This document shows positions 1-9,431 of a stretch of DNA of 31,603 nt, in pieces. The stretch covers positions 467,179-498,781 of the forward strand of contig NW_005201851.1 in assembly GCF_000372725.1 (NCBI RefSeq), written 5' to 3'. Source of the DNA: Emiliania huxleyi CCMP1516. Taxonomy: Eukaryota. The number at the start of each line of letters is the position of its first letter. Positions within the stretch are counted from its first letter, which is position 1. The notes under the pieces were generated by a model, which ran no database searches, was not told where the DNA came from, and saw nothing but the letters and a program-made list of their open reading frames with translations. The translations under genes were made by a program, and so were the position numbers.

Positions 1-3000
1 GCTGCGAGATCTTGAGCGCGCGCAGCGCCGCCTCCATCCGATGCGGCGCCGTCTCGTCCTCCTTGTCCATGGACGCCGGCTTGGGCGGCTCCTCCTTCTT
101 GGCGGCCGGCGGGACGAACAGCGTCACTGGCCAGCCGCCGGGCCGCTTGCCAGCACCGACCCCCTCGGAGGACAGCTTGGCGAAGGTGGCCGAGCCGAGG
201 AGCGTGTCTCCCGGCTCGGCGATGGCGGGCGCGGCCGGCGACGCCACGTGCAGCGCAACGCGTGTGTGCGGCTCGAGGAGGCGGCGCAGAGGCGGCTTCG
301 GGCCGGCGGCGGGGTCGTCGAGGGCAGAGGCGCGGCTCCAGTGGAAGGAGAGGGCGACGGGCGCGATCTGCAGGTCAACCACCATCGGCATGTCCTTGAG
401 CTTCTCGAGATGCGCGGGCGAGTCGTGCCGCAGCTGGAGCCGCACCTGCAGGATGCAGCGGCACGATGAGCACGTCGAGCGACCGCCTTTGGGCCGAGAG
501 AGATTGGGCCGAGAGACGGCCAACGAGTGCGAGGAGCGCATCTCCAGCTGCGGCGTCTCTCGGCGCGCGCCTCGTACTCTCCGGCCTTGAGCTTTGTCTT
601 GTCAACGTAGTAGTCGCCCCAGCGCAGCAGCCGCTTGTGCGCGTCGAAGAGAGCCCACAGCTGCGCCTCGTACCCGCTCTCGTACAGCTGCGCCGAGAGC
701 GACGGGAAGCGGACCGTCACGCCTTCGCACGCCTCCTTGAGCGCGAACTTGTACGAGAGGAGGTAGTCGTAGATCGGCGTCTTGCCGCCGACGCCCGCGT
801 CGCCGATGCCGACGTCGCCGCACGGAGCGGCGGGCGGGACGAGCTTCGCCTGGAGCGGGCGGCACGCGCGGCGCAGCGTCTTGAGCGAACCCTCCGGCTC
901 GACCTGTCGACACGTCGTGGACGCGTCATGGACGTGTCCGCCGCGCCAGCGTCTCGGACAAAGCCCTCGGGCGTCGACCGACGTCCGGCGGAAGGAGTGT
1001 AGCTCGAGCGAGCTGAAGAGGGTCCGCCCGTCGAGCGTGAGCTGCTCCACCTAAGAGAAAAGGTTCCGAGAAGGGTCGCGGCAGGGCGCCGTGCGCCCGC
1101 GCGTCGAGCGTGGGCTGCTCCGCCGAGGGCGAGAGGCCGAAGAAGTCGAGCCGCACGTCGAGCTCCGTCTCGCCGAGCGACATCCACCACTGCGCCACCG
1201 CAACCTCCAGCGTCACGCCGCCGACGCACGCGACGGTCGAGACGTACTCCGTCGCCGGCGCGCCAGCCCCCTGCGCCTCGTCAGGCACGCCCATGGTGAC
1301 GCGCCGGGTCTCAGACGACTGGCCGATGTGCTTCTGTGGCAGCAGCTGCGTGAGCGAGTACATGTAGACCACGCTGCCCGCCGGCTCGCGCGAGCGCGGC
1401 GCCCCCCGAGCGCGCAACGTCAGCGTCGCCCAAGTCGCGCCCCGCGGCGGGACGACGAAGCGGCGCTCGATGTGGCCGGGGGAGAAGGCGACGCGCTCGA
1501 AGGCGACGTGGCACGGCGCGTGCGGCGCGGCGAGGTTCGCGTGCGGCCTGCAGACGGTGACGGGGAGCGAGAAGAGCGGGCCGCGCCGCGGCGAAGACGA
1601 GTCGTGGCCCGCCACCTCGGCGTAGTGCGCGCCAGGCGGAAGCTGGCCGGGCGACACTTTGAGGTTGAAGCCCTTGCCGCCGTGCGTGAGCGCGAGGAAC
1701 GGCGCGCAGCTCAACCACGGCGCGCTTGGCTGCAGCGTGACGCCGACGTCGAGGGAGACGCGCTGTGCGTTGGGCGCCTCCTCGTGCAGCCTCGGGCGCA
1801 CGAAGACGTCGACACCAACCTCCGACGCGCTCGAGTGCTGCGGCTCGCGTAAGTAGACGCCGCGCGCACCCGCGCCCGCGGCGGTCGAGCAGCCGTGCGT
1901 CGTGGCGCTGAGCTCAAAGCGCACGTCACAGTGGGCGTGCCCGCCGTGCTCCTCGAGCCAGCTCAGCGCCGCGCCAACCTGCAGCAGCCCGCGCCCGAGC
2001 GCCCAGACCTCGACCGCGCTGCCCGTGGCGTTTGGCGTGCGAAGTGCCGTCGTCTCGATGGCGCGCCGGATCTAAACAGGTGTGAACGCAATGAGCAGAA
2101 TGGCGCGCACTCCCGATATGTGTCGATGGCGCGCCGGACCGACGCGGGCGACCAGCGCTCGCCGCGCGCCGCGAGCGCAGACAGCAGGAGCGTGATGCCG
2201 CCGCACGCGTTTGGCGACGCCATCGACGTCCCGTTCATGAGCTGGCGGCCTAGACACTTCCTAGACACTTCCTAGACACTTCCAACTGGACGTCCCGCTC
2301 ATGCGCTGGCGGCCCTGCAGCGTCCAGTTGGGGACGGGTGCGATGGCCCCGCCGGGCGCAGAGACGCTCACCTGCGGCGCGAGGGATGGGACGGTTCAGA
2401 TCAGGTTCAGAGACGGTCAGAGAAGGCCCCGCCGGGCGCACGTTGAGGTGGCCGTCATAGGTTGGTCCGCGGGAGGACCAAGTGTACTGGATGTCGGCGA
2501 GCCTGCAGGAAGGCTCCAGGAACGGTCTGCGGGGGTCTGGGGAGAGAGCAGCACGTGCACCGGAGGCGAGCGAGCTTGGCGCGGAGCGAGTACTGAGGCC
2601 CCATCATCGCCGAGGAGCAGTAGGCGCCTGTGAGGAGGCTCCGAGACGGCTCCTCGGGGGGGGGTAGAAGGCTGCGGCGGCAAGAGGAGGAGCAAGTGCC
2701 GACGGCGATGCAGCAGGAGGAGGTGCCGGGCGCACCGCCCGTCGAGAGGGCAGGCCTGGCGCGCGAGGAGGAGGACGGCTCAGAGGAGGGGCCCGAGGCG
2801 GCTTGGAGAGGGCATGCCGAGAGAAGCGGGCCCGTTGTTGCCCGCCGAAGTCACGAAGAGGAGGCCGTGCTTGTGGACGGCGAGGTTGGCGGCCGCCGTG
2901 AAGCGTCCGATGTCGTCCACCTTTGCCGAGATACAGCCGAGATACAGCCGAGATGCAGCCGAGATACAGCCGAGATACAGCCGAGATGTAGCCGAGGTGT

Positions 3001-4712
3001 GGCCGAGGTGTGGCCGAGGTGTGGCCGAGGTGTGGACGAGGTGCTGGCCGAGGCCGTCGCACCTTTGCGTACTCGCCGAACGAGAGGTTGATGATGTGCA
3101 CGCCTGGAGGGAGGGGGAGGGGGAGGGGAGGGGGAGGGGAGGGGGAGGGGAGGGGGAGGGGAGGGGGAGGGGAGGTCGAGGGGAGGGGGAGGGGAGGGGA
3201 GGAAGGCTTCGTGATTCCCTCGAGTGATTCCCGAGGGGCTGCCCAGAGAGGGGAGGCGGGGAGTGTGCACGCCTCGTTCGATGGCGGCGCCGAGCGCGCG
3301 GACGAGCGCGGTGCCCGTCTCCATCCCGTCGAGCCTGCAGGAGGGCTCCAGGAAAGGTCTAGGAGAGGTCTTGGAAGAGGTGGGCCCGACTCCATCCCGT
3401 CGAGCCGTGTGTCGCCAATCTTGAAGCCGACAATCTGGCAGCCCGGCGCGATGCCTACGAGGATGGGTCCGGGAAGGGTCCGGCTCCCGAGAGCAGGACG
3501 ACGCGGCAGCAACGGTCGCGATGCCGTTCAGCTCAGGCGTGTCCGGGAAGTGGGCTCCGATGATGCCCGCCACGTGCGTGCCGTGCGAGCCGGCGTCGAC
3601 ACACAGCGTGGTCCTCGCGCCGTCGGCCGCAACCTGCGGCAAGGCCCAGACAGGGTGCAAGCAAGACAAGCTGCAGGCAGGCAAGAGCAGAGCAGGTGCA
3701 GAGCAGGTGCAGGCAACAGTGCAGAGAAGCTTCGAGGACGGCGCATGGTCGAACGCCCGCACCGCGCAGAGCCTTCTCCTCTCGTCTCCTCTCCTCCTAC
3801 AGCAACCTCGACCGCAAAGTTGCATAGCGTCTCTGCGCCGCTCGCCGCGTCGGCGGCGTCGAGCGTGCCGTACTTGCCCTCGACCCTAGAGGAGGGCTCC
3901 GAGAAGGCTCGGGGAACGTCCCGTGTGGAGACCGCTCTGCTCGTGCCCGGCCACCGGAACGGGGCGAGCAGAGCCGCCTCGCCCAGAGCGCCCCGCTCGC
4001 TGGTGTCGACGCACACGCGCCAGACGCCCGACTCGTCCTTGTACGTCAGGACGTCGTACACCGGCCCGCCGTCCTCGTACGCCTTGTCGCACGCGTCCAG
4101 CGCCGAGACGCGCGCCGCCAGCTCGGCGCCCTTGCGGCCCGCCTCGCCCTCTGCCGTCGGGAGGGGCCTACGGGCCGGGCTCCGAAACTGGTCTGCGGAG
4201 GCGTCAAGGCCCGCCTCGCCCTCTGCAGTCAGAGGAGGCCCGAGTGCAGCCTTGCGCCGCTCCTCCTCGGCGACGGCCCGCTGCGTTTCGTCGTGCCGCC
4301 GCCGCCGCTCGGCCTTGACGCGCGCCACGAGCGGCCGCGGGTAGAGCTCGAACGCGCGCTTGAGGCCGAGACGGTACTTGGTGCCCGCAGCCCGATCTGG
4401 CCACTCTGCAGGCACGGTGAGCGAGCGGCCGCTCAGGCCCTTCAACGTGCCGTCGGCCTCGAGCTCGGTCTCCTTGCTCGTGTCCACATCTCCGGAGCCG
4501 GTGCAGTCGACGAGGTCAATCATCTTGGGCTTGCCGTCGCTCGTCGTCTGAAGGCCTGGTGCACCCGGGTCGACGCCGGTGTCGAACACACCGACGATGA
4601 TGCCGCGGCCGTCGTAGCTCGGGTACTTGCGGATGAACTCGGAGGCGCCAATCTCGTCCTTGGGCTGCTCGGCCGGTTCGTGGGCCGCGGCTCTCGTCGT
4701 CGTGACCGTCAT
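1..4712 (-). CDS. TPP2: Tripeptidyl-peptidase II (subtilisin S8 family), spliced, 3' end outside window. Inferred introns: 4168-4239, 3886-3954, 3634-3806, 3455-3524, 3335-3405, 3104-3272, 2921-3062, 2756-2831, 2628-2699, 2503-2575, 2372-2441, 2250-2313, 2072-2139, 1051-1123, 904-978, 446-570
   Basis: Spliced translation gives the TPPII motifs in order: [40 protein letters not shown] (catalytic Asp), SHGTHVAGI (His), [49 protein letters not shown] (Ser), [29 protein letters not shown]. All junctions are GT/GC..AG and keep frame. In-frame TAG just upstream of the ATG at 4712. Confidence 0.95.
2925..3052. repeat. 11-nt tandem repeats (GCCGAGATACA / GCCGAGGTGTG) in TPP2 intron 2921-3062
   Basis: Directly visible array of two related 11-mers. 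Confidence 0.9.
3107..3202. repeat. Polypurine (GGGAG/GGGGAG)n tract in TPP2 intron 3104-3272
   Basis: Directly visible. Confidence 0.9.
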
Positions 4713-6029
4713 GATCTACTCGTCGGCAGCTCGGCGCGAGAGAGCTGTTGCAAGTGGTGCCTGGGTCGGTTGAGCGATAGCCCCGCGAGGTACGAGTGGG
4801 GCGGTAGCCTTTCTTCACATAGAGGGGCTTGTATGGTAAAATTCTTCACATACCGAGCTCAACGGTCACGAGAGAAGAAGAGGTGCCCAGCACCCCCGCG
4901 CATGAACACACATGGCGCCACCGTGAAACGAGGCGGAGGACGCACGTTTCGTAAAGTACGATCCAGACTGGACTGGGCACGCGCCAGACGAGCCCGCCTA
5001 ACGCTGGTGGCTCGCGGCGCGCTGGTACCAACAAAAGCGGGAGGGTGCGCGAGACCCCTGGACCTCGCGCACTTCTCATCATCCATAGAGCATCAATGTA
5101 TGCTCGAGTCCGGGACCGACACTATACGTGCTATATAGTGATCGGATTAGTTGCGATTAGTGACCGCGTGAATATGGGAAGAAAGTACGGTGTAAAAGAA
5201 ACTGTTCCTATTAACAACGAAGTCTAGCTCAAAAAAACTGTTCAGTTTTCAAAGGCAAAACACAACGCTCTGCGGTTGGTGCACCCCTCGCACTGACACA
5301 TTCCCCTCATCCCTACCCTTGGCTGAGCACATCTACCTGCGAGCTAGCATCTCCGCATTTTCTCCTCTAGTCATCCGCCCGCGCCGCGCGTCACTATGGG
5401 CGTCTAGTGCAGCCACTGACAGAGCTATTCCGAAGGAGTGGTCGACGCCTCGCCTAGAGTCGGGTGGGCCCGCGCACACTGCTTAGCCCTGAGGGGGGAG
5501 TGTGTGTGAGGCGGTGTAATGGGTCCTGTTTAAGGCGACAGTCTGGGGGATTAGGCGGGAGGGTCGGCAGCTCAGCCGGGCCTCGGCTATGGGCTGAGCG
5601 TCTGCGGGAAGCCTTCTGCCCGCGCCGAGTTCACAGCCTTCCCAGCCGACGGGGTTTTCCTTGGAGTCGGGCCCCGCTCCCCTTTTCTGTGCCTTGCCTG
5701 TCCAGGTCTATGTGTGTGTGAGAGAGAGCTAGGTTGCCTTAGAGGTCGTCGCTTGAGTCGGGGGTCGGCGGCTTGGCGCGCTTGCCGAGCGACGGCGGCG
5801 TGCCCGGCGCGATCGCCGCCTTAGCGGCGGCGATGCGGTCCGCGAGAGGGTCGGCGGGCGTTGGCGTTGGCGTGGCGCCGGTGCCGTCGTGGATGTATTT
5901 GCAGCCAGAGCCGTTGGCGCACTTTGCCTTGGGGTCCCGCGCGATGACCTCCGCGGGGGAGGGCGGAGGTCGGCATGGGCGGGCGGTGGGTGGTTCGGTA
6001 GGCCGGGGGGGAGGGCGAGGGGTGGAGGA

Positions 6030-6526
6030 GGAGGGCGGTGGGGGCGAGGGGCGGCGAAGGAGAGGGTGGCGGCAAAGGGGTGGGCGAGGTGGAGGGCGGG
6101 GGTGGCATGGGAGAGGTGGAGGGCGGCGGAAGCGTGGGCGAGGTGGAGGGCGGCGGCGGCGTGAGCGGCGGCGGCGGCGGTATGGGGGAGGTGGAGGGAG
6201 GTGGAGGCTCGGGCGAGGTGGAGGGCGGCGGCGGCGTGAGCGGCGGCGGCGGCGGTGTGGGGGAGGTGGAGGGTGGCGGCGTGAGCGGCGACGGCGGCGG
6301 TGTGGGCGAGGTGGAGGGAGGTGGAGGCTCGGGCGAGGTGGAGGGCGGCGGCGGCGTGAGCGGCGGCGGCGGCGGCGGTGTGGGGGAGGTGGAGGGAGGC
6401 GGAGGCGTGGGCGGGGGTGGAAGGCGGCGGAGGCGTGAGCGGCGGCGGCGGCGGTGGGGAGAAGGTGGAGGGTGGCGGCGGCATGGGCGAGGTGGAGGGC
6501 GGCGGCGGCGTGAGCGGCGGCGGCGA
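6030..6526 (-). repeat. Degenerate tandem array that reads as Pro/Ser/Thr repeats (PPPPSTSPT/PPPPLT) on the minus strand; frameshifted, coding status uncertain
   Basis: Repeated GGCGAGGTGGAGGGCGGCGGCGGCGTGAGC units. The Pro frame switches between ORFs 5729-6583 and 5821-6552. Confidence 0.7.
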
Positions 6527-7073
6527 TGACACCTGGAAAAAGTCTGAAACAAGTACCAAAAGTGGAGCCAACATGGAGGCCAAAATGGTCGCTAGACCTG
6601 CCAGTCTTTCGTCCTCGGCCGCATGATGAGCCTCGCCGGTACCTGCAGATCGTGCCGCAGTCAGAGATCTCGAGCGAGCCGCACGTCAGCGACTTGCGCT
6701 ACCAGGCCCGTGTCCTGGCCGTCGGCATGTGGCTCGCGAAGCGTACGGGTCGGGTGCTACTCGTGCCGCGCGTCTCGAGGGAGAGTTGGAGGTGCCGCTG
6801 ACGAAGTTCATTTCCGTTGGTACGCTGGAGCCCACTCGTTCCCCAAGCTGCAGCTGCGCCCCTCAAACTGGGAACGCCTCCTGTCGGACTCGTGCCGCAC
6901 GGATCGCAAGCGGCTCTGGATCACACCTGACTGGCATCCCGATACCCGGCAGCCGCTGCCGCCTCGAGGGACACGCGCGACTTTGTGCAGGGTTCTTTGT
7001 GGGTGTACACATGGGTATGCCCTCATCTACAAAAAAGAAGCTCCAGTTGCTCCTGCCAACTGACGATCCGTCA
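6526..7073 (+). pseudogene. Possible frameshifted glycosyltransferase (O-fucosyltransferase-like) fragment
   Basis: Protein-like segments fall in three different frames without splice signals (QARVLAVGMWLAKRTGRVLLVPR / LEVPLTKFISV / HSFPKLQLRPSNWERLL). LAKRTGRVLLVP resembles the 'LA..lnRtLVlP' motif of O-FucT-like enzymes. Motif recall only. Confidence 0.3.
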
Positions 7074-8407
7074 ACCCGACCAATCTCAAAACCTGTTCGC
7101 TCGCCGCACCGGCGCTGAGACTATCCACCGCTGGCTCGCCCACGGCCTGCGGTGGCTCGAGGCAGGTCATCTCGAAGGGCCAGTGCGTGCAAGTCTGCCC
7201 GCTGGCAAAGGCGCGCTGCCGCTGGACGACCGTCCGACTGTCCGCCCGCGAGCGAGGCGCAAAGGAGGCGTAGGCGACCACCCGCCCGGGCCGCCTCCCC
7301 TCAATCTCCTGCCCTGCCTCCTCCTCCGCCCCCATCACCGCCTCCGCCGCCTCCGCCTCCGCCGCCTCCGCCTCCGCCGCCTCCGCCTCCGCCGCCTCCC
7401 CTCCCCGCGCCTCCGCCGCCCGCGCCGCCTCTCCGCCGCCCGCCAGCAGCGGCGGCGTGTTGCAGTGCACTGTGCGCGAGTCCCACAGCACGGCGTCCCC
7501 CGCGCCTAGAAAGGCACGGCCGCGGACGTGTCCGAGGGACGTGTCGCGGGCATGACCCACCGCGTCTCTCCACGCGCCGCAGCGCACGAGGTGAGGCGGG
7601 TGCGGCGTCGCGAGGAGGCGGTCTCCCGACGGAACCATCAGGAACTGCTGCTCGTCCGACGTGCCCGGCCGCGCCGCGTACACGCGCCGCGTCAGCGCCT
7701 CGTGCCGCGCGTGCGACTGAGGCACGACCACGAACGCGCCTACGGGAGGGTTCCTGGAGGCTTCCCGGAAGGCGCTGCGGCAAACCGCGAGGCACGACCA
7801 CAAAGGCGCCCGAGCGCTCGTCCTGCGGCCAGAGAGAGGTGAAGGACTGGACCGTCTGCAGGCCGGGCCGCGACCTGCCGTTCTGGTCGGTGTGGAACCA
7901 GCTCTCCGCGAGGCTCCACCCCGCCTCCGCCTCGCGCGGCGGCAGCAGCGAGAAGGCCTCAAACGACGTGAGGAGGTCGTCGGTGCCCCACACGAGCGCA
8001 AACATCTGCAGCAGCCGCGGCCGCGTCCGCACGTGCCACATGAGCCGACTCTGCCCGGCGCCGAGCCCCCACGCGATCCCGTACTGGTTGGGAGAGAGCG
8101 CCCGCCGCCAGCTCGCAGGGTCGGCGGAGCTAGCACCGGCGCCCTCCACAAACGCCCAAAAGAGCCGCCGCGCGAGCGCGAGGTCGCTGGCGTTGAGGAC
8201 GTCGCGGATGACGACGTAGCCCTCGCGCCGCAGAAAGTCGAGCGCTTTGGGGCCTGGGTCGAAGCGAGGCACCACGACCGACGCGTTGACGGTGAAGGCG
8301 CCAGTCTCGGCGTCGGTGAGCGCTGGCTGAGGCACGACGGTGAGCCGACGGGCCGCCGCGGCGGCGCAAAGCACGAGGAGCAGCAGCGGTGGAATACAAG
8401 GGCGCAT
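7027..8407 (-). CDS. Phytanoyl-CoA dioxygenase (PhyH)-like Fe(II)/2-oxoglutarate dioxygenase with putative signal peptide; introns 7740-7809 and 7506-7577
   Basis: FLRREGYVVIRDVL; HxD iron motif WFHTDQN; GAFVVVPQSH; AGDAVLWDSRTVHCN (distal His); RVVAYASFAP (2OG-binding Arg). Hydrophobic N-terminus MRPCIPPLLLLVLCAAAAA. Confidence 0.85.
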
Positions 8408-8439
8408 AATGCATGGCTCGCACAACACTGGGCAGACTC

Positions 8440-8661
8440 TCCCCACACCTCCCCACATCTCCCCACATCTCCCCACACCTCCACACACCTCCACACACCT
8501 CCACACATCTCCACACACCTCCACACACCTCCACACATCTCCAAACACCTCCACACACCTCCCCACACCTCCCCACACCTCCCCACACCGGCTTCGGCCA
8601 CCGAGGCTTCGGCCACCGAGGCTTCGGCCAACGAGGCTTCGGCCAACGAGGCTTCGGCCAA
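8440..8661. repeat. Intron-type tandem repeats: 10-mer CC(C/A)CACA(C/T)CT array then 15-mer GGCTTCGGCCA(C/A)CGA array
   Basis: Directly visible; lies just upstream of the CAG acceptor at 8687-8689. Confidence 0.9.
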
Positions 8662-8689
8662 GGCTGCCTCTGCCGCCTCCGCGTCGCAG

Positions 8690-9431
8690 GTGCCATCGCC
8701 GTCGCGCTGGCGGTGCAGATGCACGACGAGATGGAGGACAAGCGGAAGGGCGCGACCGTCGTCGCGACAACCATGGTGACGGTGCTCTTCACGGTCTTTG
8801 GGCTCGGAGGCAGCACGAAGATGCTTCTCGACAGGCTCGGCGTCGACCAAGGCGTTCCCCCGTACGAGGAGGACCCCGCCATGCTGCGCGCCGGCGCCTG
8901 CGAGGCGCTCTTTGTGGATGCCTGCTCGTGCATGCCCCCCCCCGGCCCCTTGCTCGAGCCTTGACGGCGACGTCGCGTAGGCGCTGCTGATCGACCCTCT
9001 CGTCGACGCCGACGCCGACCTCGACGCGGCCCAGCGCGTCAGCCGGCGCGGCCACCCTCTGCTCACGCGGAATCGATGGTGAACTGATTCTGAGTTACCT
9101 ATCCATCAGGCGCGGCCACCCGCTGCTGACGCTGATCTCCACTGCGGCGCCGTCGTCGGTGCGCGCGGCCAAGGAGGCGTTGCAGCCGTCGTCGGCGAGG
9201 ACGGAGCGGCTGACAGAGCCGCGGAGCAGCCGCGCCGTCCGGCAATCGTCCGGCTACCACGACCTGACACACGACCACTGTGGCGGCCTCGAGACGTCCT
9301 CCAAGGCGCCGCCCGCCAGGAGGGCAGGCTCCGCCTCGTGCCGCCTCCTCGCGGGCTGGCTCGGCCTCGTGGCGGGGGCGCGCGACACGGGCGCCGCGCC
9401 GGCCGTCGTCACGGCGTTCACCCAGCCATGA
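8690..9431 (+). pseudogene. 3' portion only of a CPA1/NHX-type Na+/H+ exchanger (exons 8690-8904, 8981-9045, 9110-9431); 5' exons absent
   Basis: GAIAVALA...VVATTMVTVLFTVFGLGGSTKMLLDRL matches the last two TM helices of CPA1 exchangers (GLRGAia.ALA...vlfTv.v.Gg.t..ll). Two GC-AG introns keep frame to TGA at 9429-9431. No room for the upstream TM-coding exons before the PhyH gene. Confidence 0.65.

Noticed and set aside
2250..2284. (TAGACACTTCC)x3 as a telomeric repeat
   Set aside because: 11-nt unit unlike TTAGGG-type repeats; it is intron filler.
2925..3052. Regular short repeats as a possible CRISPR array (also 8440-8661, 26898-27046)
   Set aside because: Head-to-tail minisatellites with no unique spacers, no cas genes, and a eukaryotic intron context.
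3010..4344. 444-aa plus-strand ORF and the many other long antisense or alternative-frame ORFs
   Set aside because: High GC suppresses stop codons. They are Arg/Ala/Gly/Pro-rich shadows of real genes on the other strand.
5773..6626. Gly-rich plus-strand ORFs and the apparent signal peptide MASMLAPLLVLV on the minus strand
   Set aside because: Products of a tandem repeat. The leader is antisense to the 6526-6801 protein-like frame and the Pro frame is broken, so no confident CDS.
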